A stretch of DNA of 61,665 nt, counting the filler, from Squatina squatina (Eukaryota): the NCBI GenBank assembly GCA_031763465.1. It is 4 parts of 3 records of this genome, joined end to end, with 100 filler letters (N's around TTAATTAATTAA, not from the genome) between each part and the next. Parts side by side here need not be neighbours in the genome. Positions count along the whole stretch, not along the records: positions 28,288 to 45,586 come from JARFOE010000046.1; positions 45,687 to 61,665 come from JARFOE010000162.1; 2 more parts are not named here. One strand, 5' to 3'. The translations under genes and the position numbers were made by a program. Every line of letters starts with the position of its first letter. The first letter of the stretch is position 1. The notes below the pieces were generated by a model. That model did no database searches. It saw nothing but the letters and a program-made list of their open reading frames with translations, and was not told the DNA's origin. Below are positions 39,851-52,987 of this stretch, piece by piece.

Positions 39851-42589
39851 CATGTCTTTCATTCCAAGGCTGAACACAAAAACCTTCCCTTATGATTGTC
39901 CAGGAGAGAAAAATCAAATACTCTATTTCCATTATGCTTCGGCACTTGAGCCAACAACACTCAAGAAGCTCGACACCACCCAGGACAAAGCAGTCCACTT
40001 GATCGACACCCCTTCCACGACATTAAACATTCACTCCCTGCACCACTGGCACACTGTGACTGCAGTGAGTACCATCTACAAGATGCACTGCAGCAACTCG
40101 CCAAGACTTCTTCCGCATCACCTCCCAAACCCACTTGCCAGTGGCGGCCACATCTCGATAATGAATGAAAACAAAAGACACTGAAAGATTCCTGGGAACA
40201 ACTCAGTTCCCACACTCTAGGCCGAAGTGTCTCCTGTCTAAAAAGGGGCAACCTAAAAGAGAACGGACAAAATGGAGAAATGCAAAAGTAAGAAGTGTTA
40301 AGCCCATTTCACACAGTCTCTATTATAATATTTAGTAATATTTGTGTAAAAGCTTTTTCCTTCTACTTAGGACCAAGGATTTTGTACTACAGTTATAGCC
40401 GTAGGTTCATTGTGCCTTTAAGTGCCTTATTGCATGTGCTAAAGTGTTTTTTGAATGGCATTGTATGTTCCTGACTATTATGTCACATTTTTCTGCATTA
40501 AATTAGCATTTTTATTTTTTTTTGCTGCTGGGAGACAACACACTGTCATTTTTTATTCACGATTATGCCATAAAATAATTTACTCTGTATAGTAGTCTAG
40601 CCAGTGAAGCTGGCAAAAGCCATTTGCTGCTGCGGGTGAAAACTTAAATAGAAAAACGGATTATTTGGTTTTAATTAAAATGAGAAACAGATGATTAAGG
40701 CAATGGAGGCAATGACAGAATGGCACTGATAGAGCAGCGCCGCCAACTTTTATTCGGGGAGCAGCTGTTTTGTCCCTGATTCAAATACAAGTTGCATCAT
40801 TATTTAAGTCATGCTATCTATGAGAGCAGTTAAGAACTACTTATATTGCCTCAAACACAGCACTTTTATTTAAAATAAATGTATCTCTTGCTTGTGGGTC
40901 CAAGTCTGAGGTTGGGTTCCACTCCCTACCTGTGCTGTACCCTGCTGCTTCTCCTTCTATCCCACCCTGCCGACTCCTGCCTCTCTTTCCTCTCCTGCTA
41001 CCTCATCAACTTTCGGGCTCNNNNNNNNNNNNNNNNNNNNNNNNNNNNNNNNNNNNNNNNNNNNNNNNNNNNNNNNNNNNNNNNNNNNNNNNNNNNNNNN
41101 NNNNNNNNNNNNNNNNNNNNTTTAACGCTAGCGCCGGAGTGCCAATTGGCTGCCGTACACCTTTGACTCGCACACCATGGAGCCCGCAGAATTGAAAAAA
41201 TAAAGTTAATGATATTTGTAAGTTCATGTGAAATGTTCTCAGTTTGATACTTTAAGCTCAATGTAAGGCAGCTGCAGCTGTCATGCAGCAGTGAATTTAC
41301 TGCATCTTAGAGCCTTTCTCAGTCTCAGTGCTGTACAGCAGCAATTTGCTCGACCCACGGCTGAGATCTGTACTAAGTAGCACACAAGAGTGACATTATG
41401 AACCCTTTATTGAAATCTAATGCTGAAATGAATTGACATCATCAAGCTCATTAGCTTAACAGTATCACTGCAAAGATGAAAGAGTATGTCTCTAGCTAAT
41501 GATACGTTAATAAATTATTGCAGAAATAAAGCCAACGAAGAGAGAAGCCACACAGCATGTACTGAAATAAGTTCTTTTAAATAGTGTTTGTCTGAATGAC
41601 CCCCAGTGATACATTAAGAATATACTGATGGACTTCACAGGCATTGAGATATTCAAGAGCTGCGGGAAGAAACAGCTTCAAATATATTTTTAAAAAATCA
41701 TTGATCAACCATACCNNNNNNNNNNNNNNNNNNNNNNNNNNNNNNNNNNNNNNNNNNNNNNNNNNNNNNNNNNNNNNNNNNNNNNNNNNNNNNNNNNNNN
41801 NNNNNNNNNNNNNNNCCAATTCGTTATCATCCAGTTACACTGTTGCACAAAGTCAAGATCTAACCCAGAGAATAGGAGAAAAGAGACACTTGACAGTTAA
41901 TTAAAGTTATACAAAGGAGATTGTGAGGTCCAGTTCTGAGCCTGGAGCTGAAAATTGATATACAGGATGACCATTTTTGCTGTTAGAAGATGCCAATAAG
42001 GAACGGTAATTTTAAGTACAAGTAAATCAGCCCATGACATGGGCAAGGCATGTCATTTATATTTTTTCTCATTTTTCTAAGAGTGAAGTGAAAATTGAGT
42101 AAAATAAGTGACATGTGTTATAATTGTTACTCTCTATGTTCACTTTCTATCTGTAAAATAAAGTGACTTATCAATTCACATCAGGCCTTGTCTCATTACG
42201 TTGTTTTTCAGTCTGCCTTCGAATAGTATCAGCGAATATCTAACAGTGTACAACACATATTGCCTTTCACTGAGCAGATGCTCTTGGGGTAATACATTGA
42301 AATTTGATTGAAACAGAGGTATTTAAATGTGCATAAATGCTAATTCAGTAGAAAAATGTGCAGTACAGAAAATTCTGCAGCAGACGCTAAATTGNNNNNN
42401 NNNNNNNNNNNNNNNNNNNNNNNNNNNNNNNNNNNNNNNNNNNNNNNNNNNNNNNNNNNNNNNNNNNNNNNNNNNNNNNNNNNNNNNNNNNNNNCAGATT
42501 TTTTTGAAATCAAATATGAAAACCTCTTATAATTTTGAACACCTCTGTCAGATATCCTTTTAAACTGTTTTGTTCGACATAAATGAGTC

Positions 42590-42760
42590 GCAGATTCTCT
42601 CATCGCTCCTGATCACGAAGACCGCTCATCCCGGATACCATCTCAACGTATCTCGTCTGCACCCTCCCGCTGGCCTTCATACCTTTCCTAAAGTAACACG
42701 CCCATAAATGACAATATTCTAACTGCCGCCTAACTAACGACTTGTATAGATTTAACGCCA
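42590..42760 (-). mobile_element. Old CR1 ORF2 fragment
   Basis: LYKSLVRRQLEYC..W...RVQTRYVEMVSGMSGL on minus. Confidence 0.7.
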
Positions 42761-45264
42761 GTCTAAATAAACAAGTGCAAATTATTTAATTAATTCATAT
42801 GTAAATAATTTAATTATCCTGTATGTAATTATCTTCATAAAATCTTCTTTGCACCGTTGCGTTTTTAGAACAGGTTAATATTTGTAATGATATCCAAAAT
42901 TAACTGAGAATCAATCCAAAATCTGTGAGTTATACATTAAGGAGCATTATGTTCACAAAATAAAAGATCTGGGAAATGTTTTCTCGATTGGGAAAAGAAA
43001 AGGAGCATAAGAGCAATGTGCCGCTTCCTTCATGATGACATAAAAATCCAAGTGGCACAGTGAAGTATATCAATATGATTGATACTATTACATACAGTTA
43101 TAAACAGATATGAGGTTTGCCAAACACTTCCTTATTAGGACTGTGACCTTTAAAACCAAGAGAGCCATATCAAAGCCCAAAAAAAGCGCATGTTTGATTT
43201 TGTTGTTGTCTGGGAACATAGGCCAATAATTTATTTGATCTGTCGCTCACCTCATAATGCATTGCTTTTGCGAGACATAGAAGCTTCTCAGCAGCAACAG
43301 CTGGGACAGCCTCTGGATGATGCATGCNNNNNNNNNNTAATGCTGGTTTTCCTACCAATTAAATATCTTTCAAAGCTCTAGTTGTTATTTATCTGCTTCT
43401 GATTTCCTGGCAGAGGAATAAAAGCCAATGAGTCAGATTTTGAAAAAACTTTGAGAGACTGCAATGGCAATTGGACATTTCTTTTGAGAGCCTGGTGCTT
43501 TCAAAATGCTGATTCATAATTTTCATACACAAACAATTGAGGGTGAGATTCCCTTGCCTCGCGTTGCCAGCACTAAACACAAAATGTCCGCCCCATTAGC
43601 ACCCGGCGCGGACTACCAGAAAAATTTGTAGAATTCAGGACTTCAAAAAAAATGGGGCGAGACACTGTTACAGGCACTGATGGCCTCCATGGGGTGCTGG
43701 AGGGACATTCTTGCTCACCCTGCAGGGAATTTCATGTGACTGTCATACATCACTAATCAGCTTCCACTCCATTGCAGCCCTTAAAGGGAAGGTTGCTCCT
43801 GCCTTCTTCTGCTCTCTCTCCTCAGAATATCGCAGCCCACCAGCCATACTGAAGAGGGACAAGAGCGGGGGAGAGTTGGAGAAGGAGCAAGAGGAGGAGG
43901 AGTGGTGGATGATCAATGCACCGTCACTGTTTCTCTCACACACAAGCCACCAGCTTAGATACAAGCAACTCGCGTTTAGTACAGGCTAGGGTAGAATAGA
44001 GATATGCACTGGGTGAAGCGAGGTCAGGGGGAAAGGGTGAGTCAGTCCGGATCTTGCTGCGGCTGACTTAGATGAGGACTTCGAGGGTGAGGCTCTCCCA
44101 GAGAGGGTGATGGCCATGCATACCGATTTGACAGAGACAATGGCAAGGGTGCCCGAGAGCCTGTAACAAGTGGCCAAAGGCCTGGGCACACCATGGAGCC
44201 CATCATTGGCAGTCTTCAGACATTGGTGGACTTCACGAGAGACCGTGCGGATCCAGACTTCATGAGACATCTCNNNNNNNNNNNNNNNNNNNNNNNNNNN
44301 NNNNNNNNNNNNNNNNNNNNNNNNNNNNNNNNNNNNNNNNNNNNNNNNNNNNNNNNNNNNNNNNNNNNNNNNNCTTACCCCACATAGCATCACAGAGTAT
44401 CCTTTTGAAAAAAATACCTTTAAGCTGATCTATAAATGGTATTGGCCTCCAATTTTAATTCACATTAATAAAAAAAAACTGAAACAAGAAGGTTTGAGGC
44501 ATAATGGAGCTCCACCTCTGACATATAGCTTGCAGGAAAATCATAGGACTGGGTCCCACTTATAATATAGCAAGTAGGTCTGAGATAAACATTATACAGT
44601 TAGACAAATAAAAGTAGTTCTCCTGCTACGTACCCATCGAATATGTTACTTATGACTCTCCAAAACTGCTTGCTATTGTTCCATTATTCCTTGATTATGG
44701 CAATATTATTTGAGACTCTTGTAGAAACTTTGAAACAGCCAGTTTAAGATGCAATCTAACAAAAAATTTTGTTTGTCATTTAGGTTTTCTATCTCCTTTC
44801 TGCAGCTGCCCTCTGCAACCAGGTAGCATTTCAATAACTTGCTTTAAAATTTTCAAAGGCTGCTCAATCAAGAATCAAAACCGTCTTCAATGAATAACAA
44901 TAACTGAGGCGCCACTGTGCTCAGTCAAGACAGGCATGCTTTGATTCACAAGCAGAAGCACTTATTCACCAACAAAGCTGGGGGGAGGAACCAAAAGGAC
45001 AAAGCACGAGGTTGAATTCAGCATCAGTCCTTAGGCTTGGCTCCAAATGCATTTTTTCAAAGGTGTCTTCCATCCAACGCAACCAGGGTGGTCAATAAAG
45101 GAAATCAAAAGCACCGATAGAATTTTCTATCATCACGACTAAGCAATATTTGTTTCATTATGGGGAAGCTGTGTAGTGAAGAAAATGTCTCAGCAATCAT
45201 GCTGGTGAAAGATTAAAGGAGAGAGATCACTACTGTCCTTAAAATACCGAGTTGTTGGGAATAG

Positions 45265-45510
45265 TACAATAGTGGTTATGTTATTGGACGAGTAATCCAG
45301 AGGCCTGGANNNNNNNNNNGAATAAAAAGCAATGTGAGGCAACCATGAAGCTACCGGATTGTCGGAAAAACCCATCTGGTTCACTAAAGTCCTTCAGGGA
45401 AGGAAATCTGCCATCCTTACCTGGTCTGGCCTATATGTGACTCCAGACCCACAACAATGTGGTTGACTCTTTACTGCCCGCTGAAATGGCCTAGCAATCC
45501 ACTCAACTGT
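45265..45510 (+). mobile_element. SINE of a second family
   Basis: aaaacccatctggttcactaaagtccttcagggaaggaaatctgccatccttacctggtctggcct..., which I recall as an abundant elasmobranch SINE body. Confidence 0.55.
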
Positions 45511-45586
45511 AAAACACCGCTACGAAAAACAATAATAAGAAAAAAACTGGACTTCAGCACCAGCTACAGACACGACAACAGCACAG

Positions 45587-45686
45587 NNNNNNNNNNNNNN
45601 NNNNNNNNNNNNNNNNNNNNNNNNNNNNNNTTAATTAATTAANNNNNNNNNNNNNNNNNNNNNNNNNNNNNNNNNNNNNNNNNNNN
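45587..45686. other. Artificial scaffold spacer N44-TTAATTAATTAA-N44
   Basis: Same structure as 12805-12904. Confidence 0.95.
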
Positions 45687-46082
45687 AGTTAAATATATTC
45701 CTTCACGATAATAATGCAATGGCCATTTTATTTTACATTAAATATTCCTGAGGAAATTGAAGCAAAAACAATATCAAACAGGAATATCGGGGGTGAGTCT
45801 AACTCTACTGGCTCAGCAGAAACCTGGCGGGTGGGCCGTTAAAATCACCCTGACTCTTAGCTGTCTGAAAGCCACCATGATCGCAACATCTGCAATTGTA
45901 ACCAGCTCTCCTGAGCAGGCAGCAAGGACACACGCCTGGAACCAACGGGGTCCTTCTTCACATATCCATGTTGCGGCCCGATGACATCACTGAGGCCCGA
46001 CTGTAATTATAACTCAGTCCTGAGCGGAGAATCCCCCTGGAGTTAAAATCGGGACCGATCTGTGAGGGGTATACAGCTTTGA

Positions 46083-46254
46083 TAGGGTGACCAGATCTTA
46101 AGATTGTCAAACCGGGACATGCGTAGTCAGTTCTCCGTTCCTGCTCACTAGAAACTGGAACATTTCAGCGATTTTAGGGTAAGTGTCGGGACATTGGGAC
46201 ATTTGCTAAAGAAAACGGGATGTCCCAGCAAAACCAGGACGTCTGATCACCCTA
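46083..46254. mobile_element. Complete 172-bp hAT-type MITE (Blackjack-like ends)
   Basis: TIRs TAGGGTGACCAGA / TCTGATCACCCTA (12/13 match); 8-bp TSD AGCTTTGA / AGCTGTGA (7/8); internal GGGAC/GTCCC motifs. Confidence 0.85.
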
Positions 46255-46878
46255 AGCTGTGATAATGTTGGTTGGAAGTGTTCTGGCCCTGTTTGCCTTC
46301 CCCTAGACTTAGAATAACCAGCGACTGGCTGTGGAGCTCGCAATAATTGAGTTGTTGATGAGGAAATATTTCCATAGCACTTAACATTTATTGGCTTGTA
46401 CAGTTAATCCTTTCTGACTGTTATTGCATTAATAAGAGCAGAAACATATTTCTTGGACTTTGAAAGCCTTTAGCAGCAGGAGAAATAAAACCCGTTGTTC
46501 AAGCAATGAGGATTTCACATTTCAAATTAGCCCAGTAGAAAGAGGTTAATTCTCTCAGAGGAAGTGAACCGACAAGGCACAAGATCTCGAAGCTGCCATC
46601 CTGGTCACTGTTTCTGTTTCGAACCCGAGGTCAAGTTAGTAAATGGCTCGGTCGGGGCGGATTTTTACGAGTTGGTTCTACTGATGGGAGCCTTGACTGG
46701 TCGCCTGTGGAACATAACCAACGCAATGCCGACGATGTCTGGACATCTGCAGTCGGCGAGCAAGGCTCCAACCAATAGCGCCCACACTTAACAATGGCCC
46801 AGGTGTGTGCAAAGATGCATGCCATATGTATGGCTCCAGAAGCTATCTGAGATCTTCAACAGGTCTGTGACAAATGAA

Positions 46879-47299
46879 CGTTGACTCAGTGGGCAGCACT
46901 CTCGCCTCTGGGGCAGACAGTTGTGGGTTCAATTCCCAATCCAGATGCTTGAACACATAATCCAGGCTGACACTCCAGTGCAGTACTGAGGGGGTGCTGC
47001 ACTGTCGGAGGTGCCATCTTTTGGGTGAGACATTAAAACGAGGCCCTGTCTGCCCTCTCAGGTGTACGTAAAATATCTCATGGCACTATTCAAAGGCCAA
47101 TATTATCCGTCAACTAACATCACTGAAACAGATGATCTGGTCATTATCGCATTGCTGTTTGTGGGATCTTGCTGTGCACAGATTGCGTGCTGCATTTTCT
47201 ACATTGCAACACTTCAAAAAGTACTTCATTGGCTTTAAAGCACTTTGGGTGCTCTTGAGGATGTGAAAGGCTCTATCTAATTCAAGTCTGTCTTTCTTT
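46879..47299 (+). mobile_element. Near full-length Deu-domain SINE
   Basis: A-box-like TGACTCAGTGG, B-box GGTTCAATTCC, body and tail colinear with 520-937. Confidence 0.8.
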
Positions 47300-47702
47300 A
47301 AAAGAGGTTACACTGCCTGTCTTGGTTAAATATATTGGAGCTGAAATTGCTTATGATGTTCGTGCACACACTGGGGGGACCCCGCAAGTTCCGAATCTTG
47401 GGCTGCACTGCACATGTCCACAGATCCGGAACTTGCGATCTGTCAAGATTTCTCTTCTCAGATCATCCCCTTCTGCTGGAAAAGAGGTTTCCAGGGCGGA
47501 AAGTTGCGATATTTTCTCAANNNNNNNNNNNNNNNNNNNNNNNNNNNNNNNNNNNNNNNNNNNNNNNNNNNNNNNNNNNNNNNNNNNNNNNNNNNNNNNN
47601 NNNNNNNNNNNNNNNNNNNNGAATATACGGAGGAGATCAGCAACAGAATATGAATGGGGAGTGCCCTACCTTGATTGGTTGGGGCAGCGTCTGCAAACTG
47701 CT

Positions 47703-47780
47703 AAATGTTAACTCTAATTCTGTCTCCACAGATGCTGCCTGACCTACTGAGTATTTCCAGCATTTTCTGTTTTTATTTTA
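47703..47780 (+). mobile_element. 3' tail of the same retroposon family as 5781-5886, lacking the ribozyme core
   Basis: ctccacagatgctgcctgacctactgagtatttccagcattttctgtttttatt is nearly identical to 5833-5886. Confidence 0.7.
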
Positions 47781-48254
47781 TTTTACATGGATGTTTGGAT
47801 GAAGCACCTGACATTACCATTTAGGACAAGGACACTCAGATGTGTTCAGCAGTAAGATACGGATAGCATGGTGAATGAAATTAAGAATCGTGTAAACTTG
47901 ACATCAGATAAACCATTAATAGTAAATGAAAATAGATAATTTAGTAGTTAGAAACTAATATGCCATGTAATTTATAGTAATTATCCTCCAACATCAAGAT
48001 CAGACATAACCCTGTAAAGAGGGTCAGCTCTGCTAGAAGCATGTAGTCTATTCTAGGGAGAAAGATTTATTTGTCACCTCTGACTTGTATTAAAATACAG
48101 TGGTAGCTTCTGGCATAAAAGATGAGGATTGCCATTTTAGAACCGACTGTGAGCAGGCCAAGATCAGCCTACAGGTGCAATGAATTTGGCACTGATGGCC
48201 TGTGCAGACTTTCCCCAACATCAAGGAAAATCCCAGACTAGAAAAGTTGCAAAT

Positions 48255-48867
48255 ATGTATAAAAGTGGGGAAGTCTTGCTACAACTGTACAGGGCGTTGG
48301 TGAGACTATACCTAGAGTATGGAGTACAGTTCTGGTCTCCTTATTTAAAAAAAGGGATATACTTGCATTGGAGGCAGTTCAGAGAAGGTTCACTAGGTCA
48401 ATTCCTGGGATGAAGGGGTTGTCTTATGAGGAAAGGTTGAGCCTTTACCTCACTGGAGTTTAGAAGAATGAGAGGTGATTTTATTGAAACATACAAGATT
48501 CTGAGGGGGCTTGACAGGGTAAAATGCTGAGAGGGTGTTTCCCCTCATGGGGGAATCTAGAACTAGGGGACATAGTTTCAGAATAAGGGGTCGCCCATTT
48601 AAGACGGAGATGAGGATTTCTTCTCTGAGGGTCATGAATCTTTGGAATTCTTAACCCAGAGTTGTGGAGGCTGAGTCATTGAATATATTCAAGGCTGAGA
48701 TAGACAGATTTTTGAGCAACAGAGGAGTCGAAGGTTATGGGAAACAGGCAGAAAAGTGGAGTTGAGGTCAGAATCAGATCAGCCATGATCTCATTGAATG
48801 GAAGAGCAGGCTCGAGGGGCCGAATGGCCACTTCCTGTTCCTATTTCTTACGGCCTTATGGTCTTAC
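48255..48867 (+). mobile_element. CR1 LINE 3' end
   Basis: YKSGEVLLQLYRALVRLYLEYGVQFWSPYLKK, frameshifted ORF2 end, 3' UTR ending cctatttcttacggccttatggtcttac. Confidence 0.9.
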
Positions 48868-49624
48868 AAGGGCTAGACGTTAGGTTGAGTTCCAGTTTTG
48901 TTTTTGCTTTCATCCTGAACAGGTCGTGTTTGCACTGAAGTAGCATTAGCACGTCATCCTTAACCAACTGGAGCAGGTAGGCATCAGCTGCTTGCAAACA
49001 ACCTACACTGGCCAAAGACACGCGTTATGCAGAGCAGATATTCTCACACAAATTGAATCACTGATGGCACTTACTGAAATGTCAACAGGTGAAGATTGAG
49101 TAATTGTTCCCAAGCCACTTACATCTGTTTCAGATCCACTTACAAATTGGAAAAAGTCAAATAAACGCCTGACTCAACGGAAACGTAGCATTCATATGAA
49201 AAGTGACTGATCCAGTTTCACTTGAGAGAAGGCTAGATGTCAGTAGACGAAGGATGCACCCCAAGGAGACAATATTATCCGCCAAGGTGTGCTATTTTAA
49301 TATGGGAGACAAGGTTTCTTTTTGCTGGAGCATGCATTATTCAACGGGACATCCGTAACTTGCCTATTGATAGCACCGTGCACTTTGTCCGATACTTCTG
49401 CAGACCCAGCTATTGGAATCAAATATCATGAAGAAATGTTCCCTGTTACTGTTGAATCCGCTGTGGTCTGTTATTGCACGGCCAAACATAAATTCAAAGT
49501 GCCAGTCGACAGCTCTCTTTCCCCNNNNNNNNNNNNNNNNNNNNNNNNNNNNNNNNNNNNNNNNNNNNNNNNNNNNNNNNNNNNNNNNNNNNNNNNNNNN
49601 NNNNNNNNNNNNNNNNNNNNNNNN

Positions 49625-50299
49625 GTTTCCTTTTGAGCTTCATCTGCAATCTCAGTTGTATTCAGGGGAAAGTCTTTGTCAACTACACCTAGCATGAACA
49701 CGCAGCTTCACTCCCAATACACGAGTCCTCATGTAACCTGGACAAGGGATCGGCGATTGCGATTTGCTTTTAAATGCAACATTCAATCGTGAAGTCATAT
49801 TGTGATAACAACACTGCCCAACGTTGCATTCTTGATGTGGCCTTTGCAGGGATGGCAGATTTNNNNNNNNNNGATCAGTTCTCAGGGTAAACTTTCTGCC
49901 GATCAGGAACTGTTGGAATTTCTTGATTCCAAACACTATGGCGAACGTTTCCTTTTCAATTTGCGCATAGATTTGTTTGCTCTTTGTGAGGGTTCGCGAT
50001 GCGAACGTGATTGTTTTCTCTTGGCCATCATCCATTACATGGCTTATGACAGCTCCCACACCGTAGGTGGAAGCATCACACACTAACTTCAGCTCATGCC
50101 CTGTGTTGTAGTGTACAAGTAGAGCATCGTTAGAGAGGATTCTCTTACAAGCGTTGTTATCTTCCTGTTGCGCTTTTGTCCACTTCCACTGGACATTCTT
50201 CATAAGGAGCTCGTGCAGTGGAGCTAACATGGTCACTAATTCAGGTAAGAACTGTGCGTAGTACTGGACGACTCCAAGGAAAGATCTTAACTCAGTGAC
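49625..50299 (-). mobile_element. Ty3/Gypsy pol fragment (RT thumb/connection and RNase H), decayed
   Basis: VTELRSFLGVVQYYAQFLPEL...APLHELL...VCDASTYGVGAVISH...FASRTLTKS..IYAQIEKETFAIVFGIKKFQQFLIGRKFTLRTD; frameshifted downstream; no LTRs seen. Confidence 0.9.
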
Positions 50300-51370
50300 T
50301 CAGCATACTACCTGTGTACATGTGAGAGTCACTGACATACAGATGATTCTGCGTGAAGGTTAATGGTAAAACATGGCAAAAATTCAGTTTAGGTGTCACC
50401 AATCCACTCGAAGGTTGAGCATTGAGTCCTTCTATGATCTCTAAAAATGGCTTTGGGATCCCATCCTGGTCACCAAAATGTAATATACGTAGGGAGAACA
50501 AATGAAGAATAGCGACACGATGAGTTGTTGGTCCATGTGCTTGTTTATTAGGACAGAGCGAAATGAGCATGCTCATAGCAAACCATGTGATAATACATTA
50601 CAATAGCATTACTGGAGTTGTGAGAGGAGGAGAGAGGGAGAATAGATAGCCCAGGTGCTACAGGCTGTGATGCACTTTTTTCATAGTATTGCAATTGAGG
50701 TATGATCAAAGAATCACTGCTCCTAACTCCTGTCATAAGTGACATGAATACCGTCAGTGAATGTGAAGTGGAAATAGACGTACTATTTCCCAGTAATGGC
50801 AGCTCTCAGGTTGATGAACACAGCTGCAACAAACCCTTTCCAAAATAACTGCAGATCCATTTATCTCTGCCAGAAGTACTACGGTGTTTGAGTCTAAAAA
50901 TAATGCACCACCGCCCTTGTAGACACCAGTCAATGTTGTTGAGCTGCACCACTTCTCAGCGTAGCTGGCGATAAGCAATTGTCTGCAATGCAAGGAAAGG
51001 TAAATGTGAGCCTGACAGATGAGCCCTGCTAAAGTAAGCAAACTTCATTTGGTTTAAATGCAGGTCACCTACTTTGAAAAGAAGCAAGCAAGGTTTCAAG
51101 AAATGCGAAGGCACTAAAAGCAGACTGACTTGTCACAGAAATCCTCCCAAACTGATGTATAAACAGTCTTCACATCCCTTTAAGGCATTTCAGCTGACAA
51201 GACGAGAATAATGGGACAGCTCATGAAGTTTGACAAAAAGACTTCTATTAAGTGAAAATGAAAGCTTTATNNNNNNNNNNNNNNNNNNNNNNNNNNNNNN
51301 NNNNNNNNNNNNNNNNNNNNNNNNNNNNNNNNNNNNNNNNNNNNNNNNNNNNNNNNNNNNNNNNNNNNNN

Positions 51371-51470
51371 CAACAGTGGCTACACTCAAAAGTACTTCAT
51401 TGGTTGTAAAGCGCTTTGGGACACCCTGAGGTCGTGAAGGGCGCTATACAAATGCAAGTCTTTCTTTTCT
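51371..51470 (+). mobile_element. Deu-domain SINE 3' tail (another at ~51795-51878)
   Basis: caaaagtacttcattggttgtaaagcgctttggg...aaatgcaagtctttc. Confidence 0.7.
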
Positions 51471-52422
51471 ATTCCATCATTTTTGTAAAGTTGGTAAAGG
51501 CAGAGACAGGAAGAGACTGCAGATACTTTGATGCCAGAGAGGAGAATATGGGTTCAATGAGCTTCGAACTGCTTAGTAGAAAACTTAGGTGAGCTACAAG
51601 AATATCTCAGTGAGGCAATGCAAGGTCATTGAAGGAGCAAAACACAAAAATAGTTCAGAGAGTGAAAAGGCATGGGAGCCACAATTGGAGAAAATGGAGA
51701 TGGAGAGGAAAATCTGGCAAATAAAGGCATAAAGTCAGAAAGTGCAGGTAAAACACAGTAAACCAATGTGCTATGTGCTTGTTGTTTGCCTACAATTCAG
51801 AAGCAATTTATTGGCAGCGCAGCACTTTTGGGCGTCCTGAGGGTGTGAAAGGGATTATATAAATGCCAGTTCTTTCTATTCACGCAGCGTAACTTCAAAG
51901 GCCTAAATTGTACTTCAGTCGGCAACCAGCAGTGTGACATCATCATCTGGTGGCAAAAAGCTTTTAAAGGCTCATTTACTGAGTGCTCCTGAGGAAAGCG
52001 GAGCCCTTCCCTTGGATTTGTGTTCATCTATAAATTCTTTGTTCTTTTGGACAAACGCGCGAAGGCAATTGGTTGCCTGATGGGATATTAAGGTTAGTAA
52101 CTACCTGATACTCCTTTGAAAATAGAAGCCCAGTGTGAAGTTAATCGGTACAGTGTATCCTACTGTTCTCTATGTATCCTACACATACTGTCACGTGTCC
52201 CCTGACATCTCTGGCTGAAATGAGTTGCCTTCGGAACTCTGAGAGCCTTTGCGTGGGTTATATACAGTGAGGGTATCCAGCTACAACTGGAATATTTGTT
52301 TCTCAGATAAACATCATGTGAACAATGGACATCAGTGGTGTCTATTATCTGATGATGCACCACCATCACACCAATTCAGATAGTGCAGGCAGTGTCTGCA
52401 GCTACTCAGCAATCAGACATTA

Positions 52423-52987
52423 GGGCCGTAATTCCCCTCTCCTGAGCTTCCCGCTAGCATCTCCGGGGGGTCTGTTTTCGCCTGGCTGGAGGAGGGGCTG
52501 GGGGCGCTACTGGCTCGCGCGAAATTGCACGGGAGTCAATGAATGCGCTAATGCAGTCGCGCCATGCCTTGCTAGTAGTACCCCGGGCTGCCGTGCCTCT
52601 GACGATGATGTCATCGCGACCCCTTTTCACCCCGTGGCGGGAATTGGGCAGCGCCCGTGAGGCTGCCGTGGGTGATGTCAGCGTGGGTTGCGAGCCAGGC
52701 CGCACTCAGCTCGCGGGGCTAAAGTTAATGGGGAGGTGCCATGCCGCCATCTTTTTTCTCAACCCACTTACCTGTGTCTGATGCTTTGGCGGGGTCCTGG
52801 CCCGATCGTGCAGCCGGGCACTCTCTTTCGGTGCCGGGCTGCGGCCATGGCACCCCACATCCCCGGTGGCCCAGTGGAGGCCATCAAAGGGCCCGCAGTG
52901 TCCCTCCTCTTTAACGGACAGGGAGGGATGTTGAAACGCCTCAACACTACGCGGAGAGGCCCCATAGCGCTCTACAGTGTACCCGGG
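52423..52987. mobile_element. End of a GC-rich non-autonomous DNA transposon (probably PIF/Harbinger)
   Basis: TTA|GGGCCGTAATT start, abrupt rise in GC/CpG, truncated at a gap; similar ends at 31385, 39046, 47337, 57295. Confidence 0.5.

Noticed and set aside
46879-46950. tRNA-like A/B boxes (also 61196-61252, 10999-11022)
   Set aside because: These are SINE heads; they do not fold into a full cloverleaf
52423-52987. CpG island or promoter, and short GC-rich ORFs
   Set aside because: The sharp TIR-like boundary and related blocks elsewhere point to transposon origin
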